The notes: a model not told the origin generated them from the letters alone. A DNA stretch of 64,000 nt from an uncultured Gemmatimonadaceae bacterium (GCA_963761305.1 CAVXGK010000002.1:2624001-2688000), one strand, 5' to 3'; counted from the first letter of the stretch, positions 50,540 to 61,072 are shown. Program-made: numbers and translations.

Positions 50540-51075
50540 CGGAGGGCCACCGCCGCCTTCGTGCGGTCGAGCAACGTCTGCTCGAGATGGCCCGTGGTGC
50601 CGCACGGGATCCGGTCCGAGCTGTCGCCGCTCAGGTCCTGGCCCAACGCGGAGAACGTCATCTGCACGAGGGTTCCACCCTTGTCGTCGGCCCTGATGTC
50701 GGTGAGAAGCGACATGTAGATGCGGTAGCTCGCCGCCTTCGCGCCGATCATCCCGGATCCGCAGTCGACGAACAACGTCATCGACTCACCGCCCAGCTCA
50801 CGGGATTTGTAGAAATTCTGATTGCCCATCTGGTGGCCGCTCGGATTCTCGAACGTGACCGGAATGCCGAGCGACGCGTAGGCCTGCTTGGCGGCGGCCC
50901 ACACGACGGTGACCGGGGCCGCGATGTTCATCATCGACGCGCGCGGCTTGTCGGCGTCGAGTCGCGCGGTGGAGGCGTCGCCCGCATAGATGGTCGCCTG
51001 CTTCGGCGTATAGGTCTCGCCGGAATTTCCGCTCGCACAGCCAGCCAGGAGCAGGAGTAATGCGACACGACGCAT
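50536..51075 (-). CDS. hypothetical lipoprotein
   Basis: MRRVALLLLLAGC lipobox; two further Cys residues. Confidence 0.75.
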   Translation of the reverse strand: MRRVALLLLLAGCASGNSGETYTPKQATIYAGDASTARLDADKPRASMMNIAAPVTVVWAAAKQAYASLGIPVTFENPSGHQMGNQNFYKSRELGGESMTLFVDCGSGMIGAKAASYRIYMSLLTDIRADDKGGTLVQMTFSALGQDLSGDSSDRIPCGTTGHLEQTLLDRTKAAVALR

Positions 51076-51140
51076 GAGGATCCTCGCCAGGTTCGAGGTG
51101 TGAACAAACAACTTGTCGTACCGCGCAACGCCTGAAAAGG

Positions 51141-51794
51141 TCAGCGCCGGGAGCTCAGGATGCCCGTGGCGATGGGGAGGATAGCGCGGGCCCACTGAAG
51201 GTACATCGCCGCCGACGGATGCAGACCGTCTCCAGCCACCAAAGTGCGGTCGCCGCCGGCGAGGCGCGAGAGACCGGTGATGTCCACGTAGTGCGCGCCG
51301 GCGGCGGTCGCCTCGTCGCGATTCACCGTATTGAACGCGTCGACGTCGGCGGCAATCTTGTGGCGATCGCGCCCCTGCGCGTGCGGCGTGACCCCCCAGT
51401 CGGGAATCGAGATCACGATAACCGACCTCGGCCGCTTCCCGGCGTGCGTCAACGCGCGATTCAGCGCAAGATGGAACTGCGACCTGTATTCGCCGGTGGA
51501 CCGGCCACGATATTGGTCGTTCACGCCGATGAGCAGCGTGACCAGGTCGAACGGGCCGCGCGGCCGCGCGTCGTCGATCGCCACGCTCAGCTCGCGCGTT
51601 GTCCATCCGGTGCGCGCGATGATCACCGGGTCGTCGACGTCGATGCCGCTCGAGCGAAGCATGCCGGCGAGCCCCACCGGCCAACGATCGTCCGACGAGA
51701 CCGATTCGCCGATCGTATAGGAATCTCCCAACGACAACATCCGCAACCGCGCGAGCGAGTCACTCCGGCTTCGGTTCGGCGCCGCGTGCGTCAT
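51141..51794 (-). CDS. SGNH/GDSL hydrolase
   Basis: LGDSYT, GWTT, IGVND, DGLHPS. Confidence 0.92.
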   Translation of the reverse strand: MTHAAPNRSRSDSLARLRMLSLGDSYTIGESVSSDDRWPVGLAGMLRSSGIDVDDPVIIARTGWTTRELSVAIDDARPRGPFDLVTLLIGVNDQYRGRSTGEYRSQFHLALNRALTHAGKRPRSVIVISIPDWGVTPHAQGRDRHKIAADVDAFNTVNRDEATAAGAHYVDITGLSRLAGGDRTLVAGDGLHPSAAMYLQWARAILPIATGILSSRR

Positions 51795-52945
51795 GGCTTC
51801 ACGTAGCCGCCGAACACCAGGTCGGCGTATCCGCGCAACTCGCCGCCAGCGTAGCGCTTGGCGAACGAGTCCATCGTCTCGATCATCGAGGTGCTGATGT
51901 TGCCCGCCGCCGGCACATAGAGCGGATGCACCATGCCCAACCGTCCGAAATAGCTGCGGATGATGACGCTCGTGCTGTCGCGCGGCAACGCGATGACGTT
52001 GCGCGCGTACTCCTCGAACCCGCCGTCGCGGCCGAGCAGATACTGCTCGACGTTCGACAAATAGAACGCCGAGATCACCTGATGGTGGTCGGTCGCGTAC
52101 TGGCCGACGGCCTTCACCGCTTTCTCGCCGGCGACATTGCCGACGACCGGCACGATGAGGTCGCGCACTTCCATCGATCGCACGAACAGGTATCGGTCTT
52201 CTTCAGCCAGGTAGCTCGCCGCGCGGCCGCCGCGATCCGGGGCGAGCATGAGTTGGCGGAACGTCGGATAGTCCATGCGATTGTTTCGGCCGATGCTCGA
52301 GTAGCGGGTGTCGAGCCCGTCGCCGATGAATTCGGACCGATAGCGATCGATCATCGTGCGGTCGCGCGCGTCGAGCGGAACGCCGAAGCTCGCAATGCGC
52401 TCGTTGCTCAGCCGCCGGGTTTCGGCGACGGCCGCCGAGTCGGTCGGGGTTCGCTCGAGATAGGCGAGGACCAGACCGAGTTGCCGTCCCGTCCACTTGT
52501 CGATGTCCGCCGGCACCGGCTTGCCGAACAGGCGGCAGAGAAATTCAGTCCGGTTCCGCGACAGCTCGAACAACGATTTGTAGAAGAGATGCTCGAGCAG
52601 ATTATCGCGCCGGATGTCGAGCATGAACGCGATCGACGGGCGGATGAGCGCGATGTACGAGAAATTCTGATCCGGCCCGACGCCGACGTACACGCCGCCG
52701 TGCGTGCCGGTCTTGGTCAGCTGTGTCGTGACCTGGAGGTATGATTCCTCATTGGAGATGATGTTGTCGGAGTCGAAATAGCCCGCGTTCTCCGAAAGTC
52801 GCGCGACGAGCGCCGCGAACGATGAATCCGCCGGCCGTTGCGCACGGGCCGACATAATCGCGGGCTGCGCCAGGACGAGCGCCTGAGCCAGCGCGCCCGC
52901 GGCAAGCCACGCGCGTGGCGTGGCGCGACGAGTGATGGCGGTCAC
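51791..52945 (-). CDS. exported hypothetical protein
   Basis: Signal peptide; conserved-looking DNIISNE, GVGPDQNFSY, YLSNVEQY; possibly methyltransferase-like fold. Confidence 0.75.
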   Translation of the reverse strand: MTAITRRATPRAWLAAGALAQALVLAQPAIMSARAQRPADSSFAALVARLSENAGYFDSDNIISNEESYLQVTTQLTKTGTHGGVYVGVGPDQNFSYIALIRPSIAFMLDIRRDNLLEHLFYKSLFELSRNRTEFLCRLFGKPVPADIDKWTGRQLGLVLAYLERTPTDSAAVAETRRLSNERIASFGVPLDARDRTMIDRYRSEFIGDGLDTRYSSIGRNNRMDYPTFRQLMLAPDRGGRAASYLAEEDRYLFVRSMEVRDLIVPVVGNVAGEKAVKAVGQYATDHHQVISAFYLSNVEQYLLGRDGGFEEYARNVIALPRDSTSVIIRSYFGRLGMVHPLYVPAAGNISTSMIETMDSFAKRYAGGELRGYADLVFGGYVKP

Positions 52946-52955
52946 ACCCGAGAAT

Positions 52956-53153
52956 TTACTGCTTTGCCGGATGCGTCATGACGGCGCGGAGGCGGGAGAG
53001 AAACGCCTCCGGACCGGCCCCATCGGGCAGAGCGGCAAGAACTCGGCGCACGTCGTCCTCGCGGATGGCGAGGCCCGCGCTGAGCGCATTCGGATCGACT
53101 CCGACGCGTTCGAATTCGCGAAGCAGCTGGTCGAATCGTTCTTCTTGTGACAT
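52956..53153 (-). CDS. small hypothetical protein
   Basis: 65 aa, MSQEERFDQLLREFERVG...; fits the gap in the gene string. Confidence 0.5.
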   Translation of the reverse strand: MSQEERFDQLLREFERVGVDPNALSAGLAIREDDVRRVLAALPDGAGPEAFLSRLRAVMTHPAKQ

Positions 53154-53233
53154 GTGGCGCGACGATGAGCTCGCCGACCAAAGTGCACGTGCGGCGACCA
53201 CTTTGGAAGCCCGAGGCCGCTTGGTGGCGAACG

Positions 53234-53265
53234 AAAAGGCCGGCCCACGAGCGGGCCGGCCTTTT
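53234..53265. terminator. intrinsic terminator (bidirectional form)
   Basis: AAAAGGCCGGCCC-ACGAGC-GGGCCGGCCTTTT. Confidence 0.85.
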
Positions 53266-53298
53266 GTCGATCAAGAACCAGGTTGCCGTTTCGGGCCC

Positions 53299-53754
53299 TT
53301 ACCGGGCGAACACCATCACGGTGATCGTCACGGCGGCGGCAGCCACCACGAGGGCAGTGGCGGTCGCGACGGCGAACTTCGGCGTCACGACGAATTCCCG
53401 TCGGTACCAGGGCGTGATCACCACTGGGACCGTTTGCGGCAGAGCTTCCATGATGCGCGTTTCGACGTAGGCCGGAGTGCGCATGCGGCGGCGGCGGTCG
53501 ACTTCGACGTTGATCTGTTTCCAGAACTCGACGTCGCGACCCGTTTCGCCCTTCCGGACACTGGCTTCCGGAAGTTCTCCATCCAACCACGCGTGTACGG
53601 CCGGCGCCAACACGCGGGCATCCTGTTCCTGGTGACCCAGCGGGACCTCTCTATCGGCGAGCGGACGTTCCTGTTCGGGACGTTTGCGCGCGCGATCGTG
53701 AAAGTGTCCGTCGAACCCGCTGAGGCCGTCGTCGGAGCGGAGATCGTCAATCAT
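53299..53754 (-). CDS. putative anti-sigma factor
   Basis: Starts immediately after the ECF sigma stop; HAWLDGEL (degenerate ZAS-like motif); C-terminal TM. Confidence 0.65.
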   Translation of the reverse strand: MIDDLRSDDGLSGFDGHFHDRARKRPEQERPLADREVPLGHQEQDARVLAPAVHAWLDGELPEASVRKGETGRDVEFWKQINVEVDRRRRMRTPAYVETRIMEALPQTVPVVITPWYRREFVVTPKFAVATATALVVAAAAVTITVMVFAR

Positions 53755-54336
53755 TTAGGCGTACTTCTCCTCTAAGAGTGCCTGGAGCGCCTCTCGCGCG
53801 CGATGTACGCGCATCTTCAGCGCTCCAACCGTGGTACCGAGTAGGTCGGCCATCTCTTCATAAGAGCGGCCTTCGACGTGCTTCATTACGAATGCCTCGC
53901 GCAACGACGCGGGGAGCGTCGTCAACGCGCGGTCCAGATCACTGCGCAACTCCGTCCGATCCAGCTCTTCATCGGGCGTCGCGTAGGCGGATGGCTGGTC
54001 GTCTTCGTCGTAGCTCAGGTGAGATCGACGAATGTTCTTGAGCCAATCCTTGCAGCCGTTCGCGACTATCCTGAATACCCAAGCATCGAAGCGTCCGCGG
54101 ACTTCCGCGAGGTGTTGGTACGCTTTGATGAAGCTGAGTTGCAGAATGTCTTCAGCAACGTCTGGGCTGCCCGTCATGCATAGCGCATGTCGATACAGCG
54201 GATCGCTGTAACGCGTGATCAAGATTTTGAACGCGTCCCGGTTGCCTCCCAGAACACGCTGGATCACGAGTTGATCAGTGTTTTCCTGATCAACGACGGT
54301 TTCATCAGCCCGCAGAACTGCCTCCGTCGTCTTCAC
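53755..54336 (-). CDS. ECF RNA polymerase sigma factor (SigW/RpoE-like)
   Basis: AEDILQLSFIKAY..AWVFRI; SYEEMADLLGTTVGALKMRVHRAR; start uncertain. Confidence 0.9.
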   Translation of the reverse strand: MKTTEAVLRADETVVDQENTDQLVIQRVLGGNRDAFKILITRYSDPLYRHALCMTGSPDVAEDILQLSFIKAYQHLAEVRGRFDAWVFRIVANGCKDWLKNIRRSHLSYDEDDQPSAYATPDEELDRTELRSDLDRALTTLPASLREAFVMKHVEGRSYEEMADLLGTTVGALKMRVHRAREALQALLEEKYA

Positions 54337-54513
54337 GACAACAGAGTAATTCGGTTGCTGCGCTTCGGACAGTGCGCGAGCTCCGCTTCGCTGCTCCAGA
54401 AGGGTCGCCACGTGATCAAGACGAGATTCCTCGGCTGAGGTAACAAAGGGTTGCAACAGAATCTCGCGGGTAAAGTCGCGAGGCCCGTAAATCAAGGTTC
54501 GGCCTTGCCCCGC

Positions 54514-55626
54514 CTACCCGTTCTTGGCCCTCAAGGGTGTAACAATTTTGAACACCCCCCACCCATGCTGGCGAATCATATCGGAATGCTCACCAAGTGT
54601 GGGAGGTGCAAAACGCACGAATCCGGGAACACTCGGGGCGACACCCGTGAGCGGCGAGGCGCCGGCATCCCGCAACGCCTCGAGCACCGTGCGAACGACG
54701 CCGCTCGGGACGCCGGCCAGCGCCAGCCGTTCGCTCCAGTGCCGCGCCGGTTGGGTACCGAGTCGCTCGGAAAATGCCGAGACGATTCGGTCGCGTTGGG
54801 CGAGCCGCCCGGGGTTCGTGGAAAGCGTTTGGTCATCGGCAAGCGAGTCGAGTTCTAGCGCGCGAGCACAAGCCACCCACTGGGCGTCGCTCCCCACGGC
54901 GACCACGATCGGACGGTCGGCCGCGCGGAACAGCTGATACGGAACGAGATTCGGGTGCGCGTTGCCCCAGCGCCGGGCGTCGTGCCCCGTGACGAGTGCG
55001 TTCTGGGCGACGTTGACAAGTGCCGCCCTCGCCGAGTCGATGAGCGAAATCGAAAGCCTCGCCCCGCGACCAGTTCGGGCCCGCTGGACGAGAGCCGCCA
55101 GGATGGCGATCGCCGCGTCCTTCCCGGCCAAGACGTCGGCCAGCGCCACGCCGACTTTCATTGGATCACCATCCGGTTCGCCGGTGACGGCCATCCACCC
55201 GCCCTCGGCTTGCGCGACGAAATCGTAGCCCGGACGGTCGTTGCCGAGCCCAAAACCGGTGACCGTGCACCACACGAGATCCGGCCGTCGCGCGCACCAC
55301 TCCGCCGGCGACAGACCGCGGCGATCGAGGACGCCGGGACGGAAGTTGTCGACCACGACGTCGGCCTCGCCCAACAGTCGTTCGACATATCGGCGATCCC
55401 CTTCCCCGTCGAGGTCGGCGGCCATCCCGAGCTTGTTTCTATTGATACTGAGGTAGTAGGCGCTTCGGCCCTTGGCGTCGAAAGGCGGCCCCCAGGTTCG
55501 CGACTCGTCCCCAGTTCCCGGTCGTTCGACCTTGATGACATCGGCGCCCAGGTCGCCAAGCAGCATGGTGCACAGTGGACCGGCCAGCACCCGCGTCAGG
55601 TCGAGCACTTTCACGCCGGATAGCAT
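54514..55626 (-). CDS. CaiB/BaiF family class III CoA-transferase
   Basis: VLDLTRVLAGP, GADVIKVE, NRNK, NFRPG, PGYD. Confidence 0.93.
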   Translation of the reverse strand: MLSGVKVLDLTRVLAGPLCTMLLGDLGADVIKVERPGTGDESRTWGPPFDAKGRSAYYLSINRNKLGMAADLDGEGDRRYVERLLGEADVVVDNFRPGVLDRRGLSPAEWCARRPDLVWCTVTGFGLGNDRPGYDFVAQAEGGWMAVTGEPDGDPMKVGVALADVLAGKDAAIAILAALVQRARTGRGARLSISLIDSARAALVNVAQNALVTGHDARRWGNAHPNLVPYQLFRAADRPIVVAVGSDAQWVACARALELDSLADDQTLSTNPGRLAQRDRIVSAFSERLGTQPARHWSERLALAGVPSGVVRTVLEALRDAGASPLTGVAPSVPGFVRFAPPTLGEHSDMIRQHGWGVFKIVTPLRAKNG

Positions 55627-55870
55627 CTACTGTCGCGAAAGTGTCTCGTTGCGTGTATGAAGATGAACGCAGTGGACGCCAAAAATCGCCAAAGACGACT
55701 CGCTTGTTAGTACAGTCGAACCTGTCTTGCGTAGCTAACGGAGAATCATATACTTCCGCCGTTCGACGCCCTGGCCGCCGAACTTAGCGCACCCGCCAGC
55801 GCACGACAACGAGCAGTCCCAGCCGCGACCTCCCCTTCCGCTCGTTTTCTCACGCGACCCATCACCATCT

Positions 55871-56527
55871 ATGGCGGAAAAACCGCAGCCTCCTTCCCCG
55901 GTTCCAAGCGACTCGAGTGACCCGGCGAACCCGGCGGTTCGTCGATCACCTGGCCATCGTGTGGACATGCGCGATGCAGTCGCCGAGCTGGCCGAACGGG
56001 CCCAGGTCATCAGCCAGGAAGCGGGGACCAAGGTTGCCTCGGCGATGAAAGACGTCGTCAGCGCGGCGGCCGGCATCGCGGGGTTCGCGATCGAGAGCGC
56101 GCGGGATCTTGTTCAATACATGGTACGGCGAGGTCAGATGACGCCCGAAGAGGGCGAGCGGCTGATCCGCGAAGCCGAGGCGGCGCATGACAAACGGTCG
56201 CCGGGAGACAAAGCCCGGGCGACCGCTTCGAAGATCGCCGAGCGTGCGGCTGCCGCCAAGGCTGAAGCGGCCGCGCGGGCGGCAGCCCAGGTCACAGCCT
56301 ACTCGAGACCGATCGCGAAACAGCCGGCGGTTCCAACTCCGAGCAGCACGAAGGCGGTTCCGGCGAGCAAGACTCGTCCGGCGAAGCCGTCGGCTGCGAA
56401 GCCGGCGGCTGCGAAGCCGGCGGCTGCGAAGACCGCTGCTGCGAAGCCGGCGGCGCCCGCCAAGGTCGAGAACGCAAAGCCGGTCAAGCCCGCCAAGGCC
56501 AGCAAACCGGCCAAGAAGCGGAAGTAA
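55871..56527 (+). CDS. phasin-like protein with histone H1-like AAKP tail (PhaF-like)
   Basis: LVQYMVRRGQMTPEEG; C-terminal AAKPA repeats ending in KKRK. Confidence 0.65.
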   Translation: MAEKPQPPSPVPSDSSDPANPAVRRSPGHRVDMRDAVAELAERAQVISQEAGTKVASAMKDVVSAAAGIAGFAIESARDLVQYMVRRGQMTPEEGERLIREAEAAHDKRSPGDKARATASKIAERAAAAKAEAAARAAAQVTAYSRPIAKQPAVPTPSSTKAVPASKTRPAKPSAAKPAAAKPAAAKTAAAKPAAPAKVENAKPVKPAKASKPAKKRK

Positions 56528-57346
56528 TCAACCGGCGCGAACCGGTCGGGCGCGCAACAACACCACCGCTTCCAACAACTCCAGCATCGCCGCAGGCGAG
56601 CCGACGAAAAACTCGGCCGACGTCGGTCGCGCGTGAAGCACCGGCTCCACGGCCACCGTGACCGACGCGCGCGCCCGTTCCCGCACGGCGCGGAGCATGT
56701 CCTCATCCGTTTCGTCGTCGCCGGCACACAGGATCGACGCGCCGTGATCGAGCGCGCCGAGTCGATGGGCGAGGTCGATCGCCGCGGTGCCTTTGTTGAT
56801 GCGAACCGGAGGTCGCAGTTCGAGCACTTCTTTCCCGCCGGTGACGTCGAGGCCGAGCTCGCGAGCCACGCGGCGGACTCTGAGGCCGAGCTCCGGGACG
56901 GAATCGCGTTCGGCGAGGCGATAGTGAACGCTGAGCGTCCACCGCTTGTTCTCGAGGATCGTTCCCGGAACGGAGCGAACCATTTGCGCCAGCCTCGCTG
57001 CCGCGACGTCCACCGGATGCGCGAACTGCGCAACGGCATCCGGGACCGTGGGCGGTTCGCCGGGCGCCGCGACCTCCAACCCGTGATTCCCGACGTACCA
57101 CGAGCCCTCGACGCCGACCAGGCGACGCGCGTCGCCAACCGACCGACCGGTGACGACGGCGACGTGGACGCCGTCGGTGCGCGTCAGCTCGTCGAGCAGA
57201 TGGCGCGCGCGCGGCGACACGACGGCCTCCGCCGGAGTCGGCGCGATCGGCGTCAGCGTGCCGTCGATGTCGAGCAGAAGCAGGAGCGGAGTTCCAACGA
57301 GGCGCGCCGCGAGGTCCGTCGGAACGGGCAGCGCGGGGATGGTCAT
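56528..57346 (-). CDS. otsB: trehalose-6-phosphate phosphatase
   Basis: LDIDGTL, TGR, GNHG, NKG, GDDETDED. Confidence 0.92.
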   Translation of the reverse strand: MTIPALPVPTDLAARLVGTPLLLLLDIDGTLTPIAPTPAEAVVSPRARHLLDELTRTDGVHVAVVTGRSVGDARRLVGVEGSWYVGNHGLEVAAPGEPPTVPDAVAQFAHPVDVAAARLAQMVRSVPGTILENKRWTLSVHYRLAERDSVPELGLRVRRVARELGLDVTGGKEVLELRPPVRINKGTAAIDLAHRLGALDHGASILCAGDDETDEDMLRAVRERARASVTVAVEPVLHARPTSAEFFVGSPAAMLELLEAVVLLRARPVRAG

Positions 57347-57350
57347 CGTT

Positions 57351-58838
57351 CTATGCCGGTTCGGGCTGTGGCAGAAGTCCCATGATCTCGGCAGAGCGTT
57401 CGAGAATCGACTCGAGCCAATCGAAGATGGTCGAATTGTGCAGCTGCCGCCGCATGCGATGCATACGCCTCCGGCGTTCTTCCGGGGACATCGACAGTGC
57501 GGCATGAATCGCCGCGACGAACCCGTCGATGTTGAACGGATTGATCAGCATGGCGCCGTCGATCTCTTCGGCCGATCCGGTGAATCGGCTCAACAGCAAC
57601 ACGCCGCGCTCGTCCAGTTGGCAAGCGACGAATTCCTTGGCGACGAGATTCATTCCGTCCTGCAGCGACGACACGATGCACATGTCGCCGGCCCGGTAGA
57701 CCGCGGCGAGCAGATCGGCGTCGACGTTCTCGCTGATCAGCACGATGGGAGTCCAGTGGCTGTTGCCGAAACGGGCGTTGATCGAGATCACCGCGTCGAC
57801 GACGTCGCGCTCGAGCGTCGTGTACGCGGGGACTTCGCTGCGCGACGGCGTGCACACGAAGATAAATGTGAACTGCTCGCGAAGCTCGCTCGACTCGGTC
57901 CACAGTGTGTCGAGCGCGCGAATGCGCTCGAGAATCCCCTTCGTGTAATCGATCCGGTCGACACAGACGCCGAGCTGACGCGTGGGCGCGTGGCGTTTGC
58001 GCAAGGTCCGGGCGAGCGTCCGCGAAGCGCGCGACCCGGCCATTTCCTCGAACTTGGCGACGTCGATGCTGATCGGAAACGCGCCGACGTGGACGGTGCG
58101 GCCGCGGAACTGAACGACTTGATTCGCCCGGTCGATCTTCGCTTCGGGAACGAATCGCTCGACACAGTCGACGAAGTTGGTCGCGTAGCGTTCGATCTGA
58201 AATTCGATGAGGTCGTTGCCGAGGATTCCGAGCAGCACGGCCTCGTTCGTTCGCGACGGCAGGAGCTGGAGAATGTCCGGCGGCGGAAAGGGGATGTGCC
58301 AGAACTGATGGATGAACTGCGGCGGACGCATCGCCCGCAGCATCGCCGGGACGAGCGCGAAGTGATAATCCTGTATCCAGACGGTCGCCTTTCCCGACGA
58401 GCGTTCCGCCTCGTCGGCCACCGCGTGGGCGAATCGCAGGTTGACGTCGCGATACCGGTTCCAGTACTCCGTGCGATACTCGAAGTGCTGGATGAGCATG
58501 TGGCAGAGCGGCCAGAGCGCGCGGTTCGCGAACCCATGGTAGTAGCCGTTCACGTCGGCTTCGTCGAGCCAGACGCGTCGCAGCGTGTAGGACTGCTCGC
58601 CTTCCGGCACCGCCACGCGGCCCATCTCGTCGGCGACCTCGCGGTCCGCCGAACCCGATCCCCACGCCACCCATGTCCCGTGCGTTCGGCGCATCGTGGG
58701 ATCGAGCGCGCTCACCAAACCACCGGCCGGCTGCTTTACTTCAGGCGTGCCGTCGACGCCATGGAAATGCTCGTACGGCTCCCGATTGGAGACAAGAATG
58801 AACTTGCTGTCGCCGAGGTAGTGCGTGAAATCGAGCAT
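57351..58838 (-). CDS. otsA: trehalose-6-phosphate synthase
   Basis: AGGLV, YYHGFAN.LWP, QDYH, HIPFP, DRIDYTKG, DGMNLVAKE. Confidence 0.95.
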   Translation of the reverse strand: MLDFTHYLGDSKFILVSNREPYEHFHGVDGTPEVKQPAGGLVSALDPTMRRTHGTWVAWGSGSADREVADEMGRVAVPEGEQSYTLRRVWLDEADVNGYYHGFANRALWPLCHMLIQHFEYRTEYWNRYRDVNLRFAHAVADEAERSSGKATVWIQDYHFALVPAMLRAMRPPQFIHQFWHIPFPPPDILQLLPSRTNEAVLLGILGNDLIEFQIERYATNFVDCVERFVPEAKIDRANQVVQFRGRTVHVGAFPISIDVAKFEEMAGSRASRTLARTLRKRHAPTRQLGVCVDRIDYTKGILERIRALDTLWTESSELREQFTFIFVCTPSRSEVPAYTTLERDVVDAVISINARFGNSHWTPIVLISENVDADLLAAVYRAGDMCIVSSLQDGMNLVAKEFVACQLDERGVLLLSRFTGSAEEIDGAMLINPFNIDGFVAAIHAALSMSPEERRRRMHRMRRQLHNSTIFDWLESILERSAEIMGLLPQPEPA

Positions 58839-58949
58839 TAGGGGCGAAAGAGGTGCAACTGGCGTGCCCGCTACGGATTGTGTCCGAGCGCACTGCGCAA
58901 CGCATCGGAACTGGCGCGCGGCGGCGGGCAGCACGATCATTTGTCCCCC

Positions 58950-59924
58950 GTGAGCGACACGATCATCACGCGCGCACCAACGCGCATCGACTTCGGCGGC
59001 GGATGGACCGACGTGCCGCCCTACTCGGACGAAGTCGGCGGCTTCGTGTGCAACGTGGCCATCAATCGGTACGCAACAGCGACGGTGACGCGTTCGGTGC
59101 ACTCGATCGTCGCGCCGGTGACCGCGTCGTCATCGGCCGGCGATCAGTCCATCGCGCTCGCCGCCGCGCGGCGCTTCCATTTGTCCGGCGCTCACATCGA
59201 CGTACACAGCGATTTCCCGGCGGGTGCCGGATTGGGCGGGTCGTCGGCGGTGGGCGTCGCTATCGTTGCCGCGCTCAGCGCGGTGAGCGACGGTTCGACC
59301 GAGTCCAACGACGATCGCACTTGGCTCGCCGAACTGAGCCGAGCAGTCGAGATCGGCGACCTGGGCGTTCCGGGTGGGCGGCAAGATCACTACGCCGCGG
59401 CGTACGGTGGCGCGCTCGGTCTTCGGTTTTCGCGCGGGCGCGTGGACGTGCGACCCATCCCACTGAGCGACGCGCTGCGCTCCGAGCTCGAGCGGCGATG
59501 CATCGTGATCTACACGGGACAGAGCCGCATTTCCGGCGAGACGATCGATGCGGTGCTCGGCGCGTACGCCCGACGCGAGCCGCGCGTGCTGGCGGCGCTC
59601 GAAGGCATGCGCGAGACAGCCGAGCGGATGGCGACTGCGCTCGAGGCGGGCGACCTCGACGCCCTCGCGGCGTTGGTTGCCGAACAGTGGATGCACCAGC
59701 GCTCGCTCCATCCGGCGATTCCGACGCCGCTGATCGACGAGATCATCGAACGAGGCACCAACGCAGGAGCAGCGGGCGCAAAAGCGCTCGGCGCGTCGGG
59801 CGGCGGATGCGTGCTGCTCATCGCGCGCCCGGAGCGGGTCGACGAAGTGCGCACCGCGATCGCGCCGCTCGGCGAGCTGCTGTCGTTCGCGGTGGATGAA
59901 CACGGAGTCCAGCGTTGTCGATAG
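58950..59924 (+). CDS. GHMP-family sugar kinase (HddA/fucokinase-like)
   Basis: RAPTRIDFGGGWTD, PAGAGLGGSS, GRQD, GASGGG. Confidence 0.88.
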   Translation: MSDTIITRAPTRIDFGGGWTDVPPYSDEVGGFVCNVAINRYATATVTRSVHSIVAPVTASSSAGDQSIALAAARRFHLSGAHIDVHSDFPAGAGLGGSSAVGVAIVAALSAVSDGSTESNDDRTWLAELSRAVEIGDLGVPGGRQDHYAAAYGGALGLRFSRGRVDVRPIPLSDALRSELERRCIVIYTGQSRISGETIDAVLGAYARREPRVLAALEGMRETAERMATALEAGDLDALAALVAEQWMHQRSLHPAIPTPLIDEIIERGTNAGAAGAKALGASGGGCVLLIARPERVDEVRTAIAPLGELLSFAVDEHGVQRCR

Positions 59925-61072
59925 CGCGCGGCGACGCGGCGGCGTTGACGCGCGAATTGGTGCGCGTCGATTCGCGCAATCCCTCGCTCGTTCCGGGCGG
60001 GCCGGGAGAGAACGCCGTCGCCAAGACGCTCGCCGCGGTGCTTCAGGAGTGGGGACTGCGCGTCGACCTTCAGCACGCCGCACCGCAGCGCCCGAACGTC
60101 ATCGCGCGAGCGGGCCGCGCCGGCGGACGCACGTTGATGTTCAACGGACACCTCGACGTAGTCGGCGTGGACGGCATGACGCACGCGCCGTGGGACGCCT
60201 TTCAGCGTGAAGGGCGCATCTACGGGCGCGGGTCGGCGGACATGAAGGCGGGCGTCGCGGCGATGTGCGCCGCGGCGGCGCGCGCGGCCGACGAGCTCGA
60301 GGGAGAAGTGGTGATCACGGCGGTCGTCGACGAAGAGTACGAGAGCATCGGGACGCGAGCGCTGGTCGCGGCCGGCGTTCGAGCCGACGCGGCGGTCGTC
60401 ACTGAGCCCACAGGGCTCGCGATCATGCCGGCGCATCTCGGATTCGTCTGGGCAGACGTCACCATGCACGGACGCGCGGCGCACGGCAGCCGATGGGAGA
60501 TCGGCGTCGACGCCATTCGACACGCCGGCTACTTCCTCACCGAGTTGGATCGGATCGATGCCGAGGATTTGCCGCAGAAATCGCATCCGCTGCTTGGCAG
60601 GCCGTCGGTGCACGCGTCGCTGATCGAAGGCGGATCGGGGATGTCGACCTATCCCGATCGCTGCTGCGTTCGCATCGAACGACGCACGATTCCCGGCGAG
60701 AAACCTGCCGACGTCGAGCGCGAGCTTCGCGACGCGTGCGACCGTGTGGCCGCGTACCGGCCGGGCTTCAGCGCCACTGTGCGAATCACGTTCGCGCAAG
60801 AGCCGTCGGACGTAGCGGTGGAAGCGCCGATCGTGCGCGCGCTCTCGACGGCGATCTGCGAAGACGACGACGATCCGCGCATCGCCGGCATGTCGGCGTG
60901 GACCGACGCCGCGATTCTCAACGCGGCCGGGATTCCAGCCGTCTGTTTCGGGCCGGGCGACATCGCGCTCGCCCATTCGGCGGAGGAGTACGTGCCGGTG
61001 TTCGAGATCGAACGAGCGACGACGATTCTCGCGTCGCTCGCCAAGCGTTGGTGCTCCGTCCGCATCTCGTGA
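59915..61072 (+). CDS. ArgE/DapE-family (M20) deacylase
   Basis: NGHLDVV, GRGSADMK, DEE, EP, GRAAHGS, AHSAEE. Confidence 0.92.
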   Translation: MSIARGDAAALTRELVRVDSRNPSLVPGGPGENAVAKTLAAVLQEWGLRVDLQHAAPQRPNVIARAGRAGGRTLMFNGHLDVVGVDGMTHAPWDAFQREGRIYGRGSADMKAGVAAMCAAAARAADELEGEVVITAVVDEEYESIGTRALVAAGVRADAAVVTEPTGLAIMPAHLGFVWADVTMHGRAAHGSRWEIGVDAIRHAGYFLTELDRIDAEDLPQKSHPLLGRPSVHASLIEGGSGMSTYPDRCCVRIERRTIPGEKPADVERELRDACDRVAAYRPGFSATVRITFAQEPSDVAVEAPIVRALSTAICEDDDDPRIAGMSAWTDAAILNAAGIPAVCFGPGDIALAHSAEEYVPVFEIERATTILASLAKRWCSVRIS

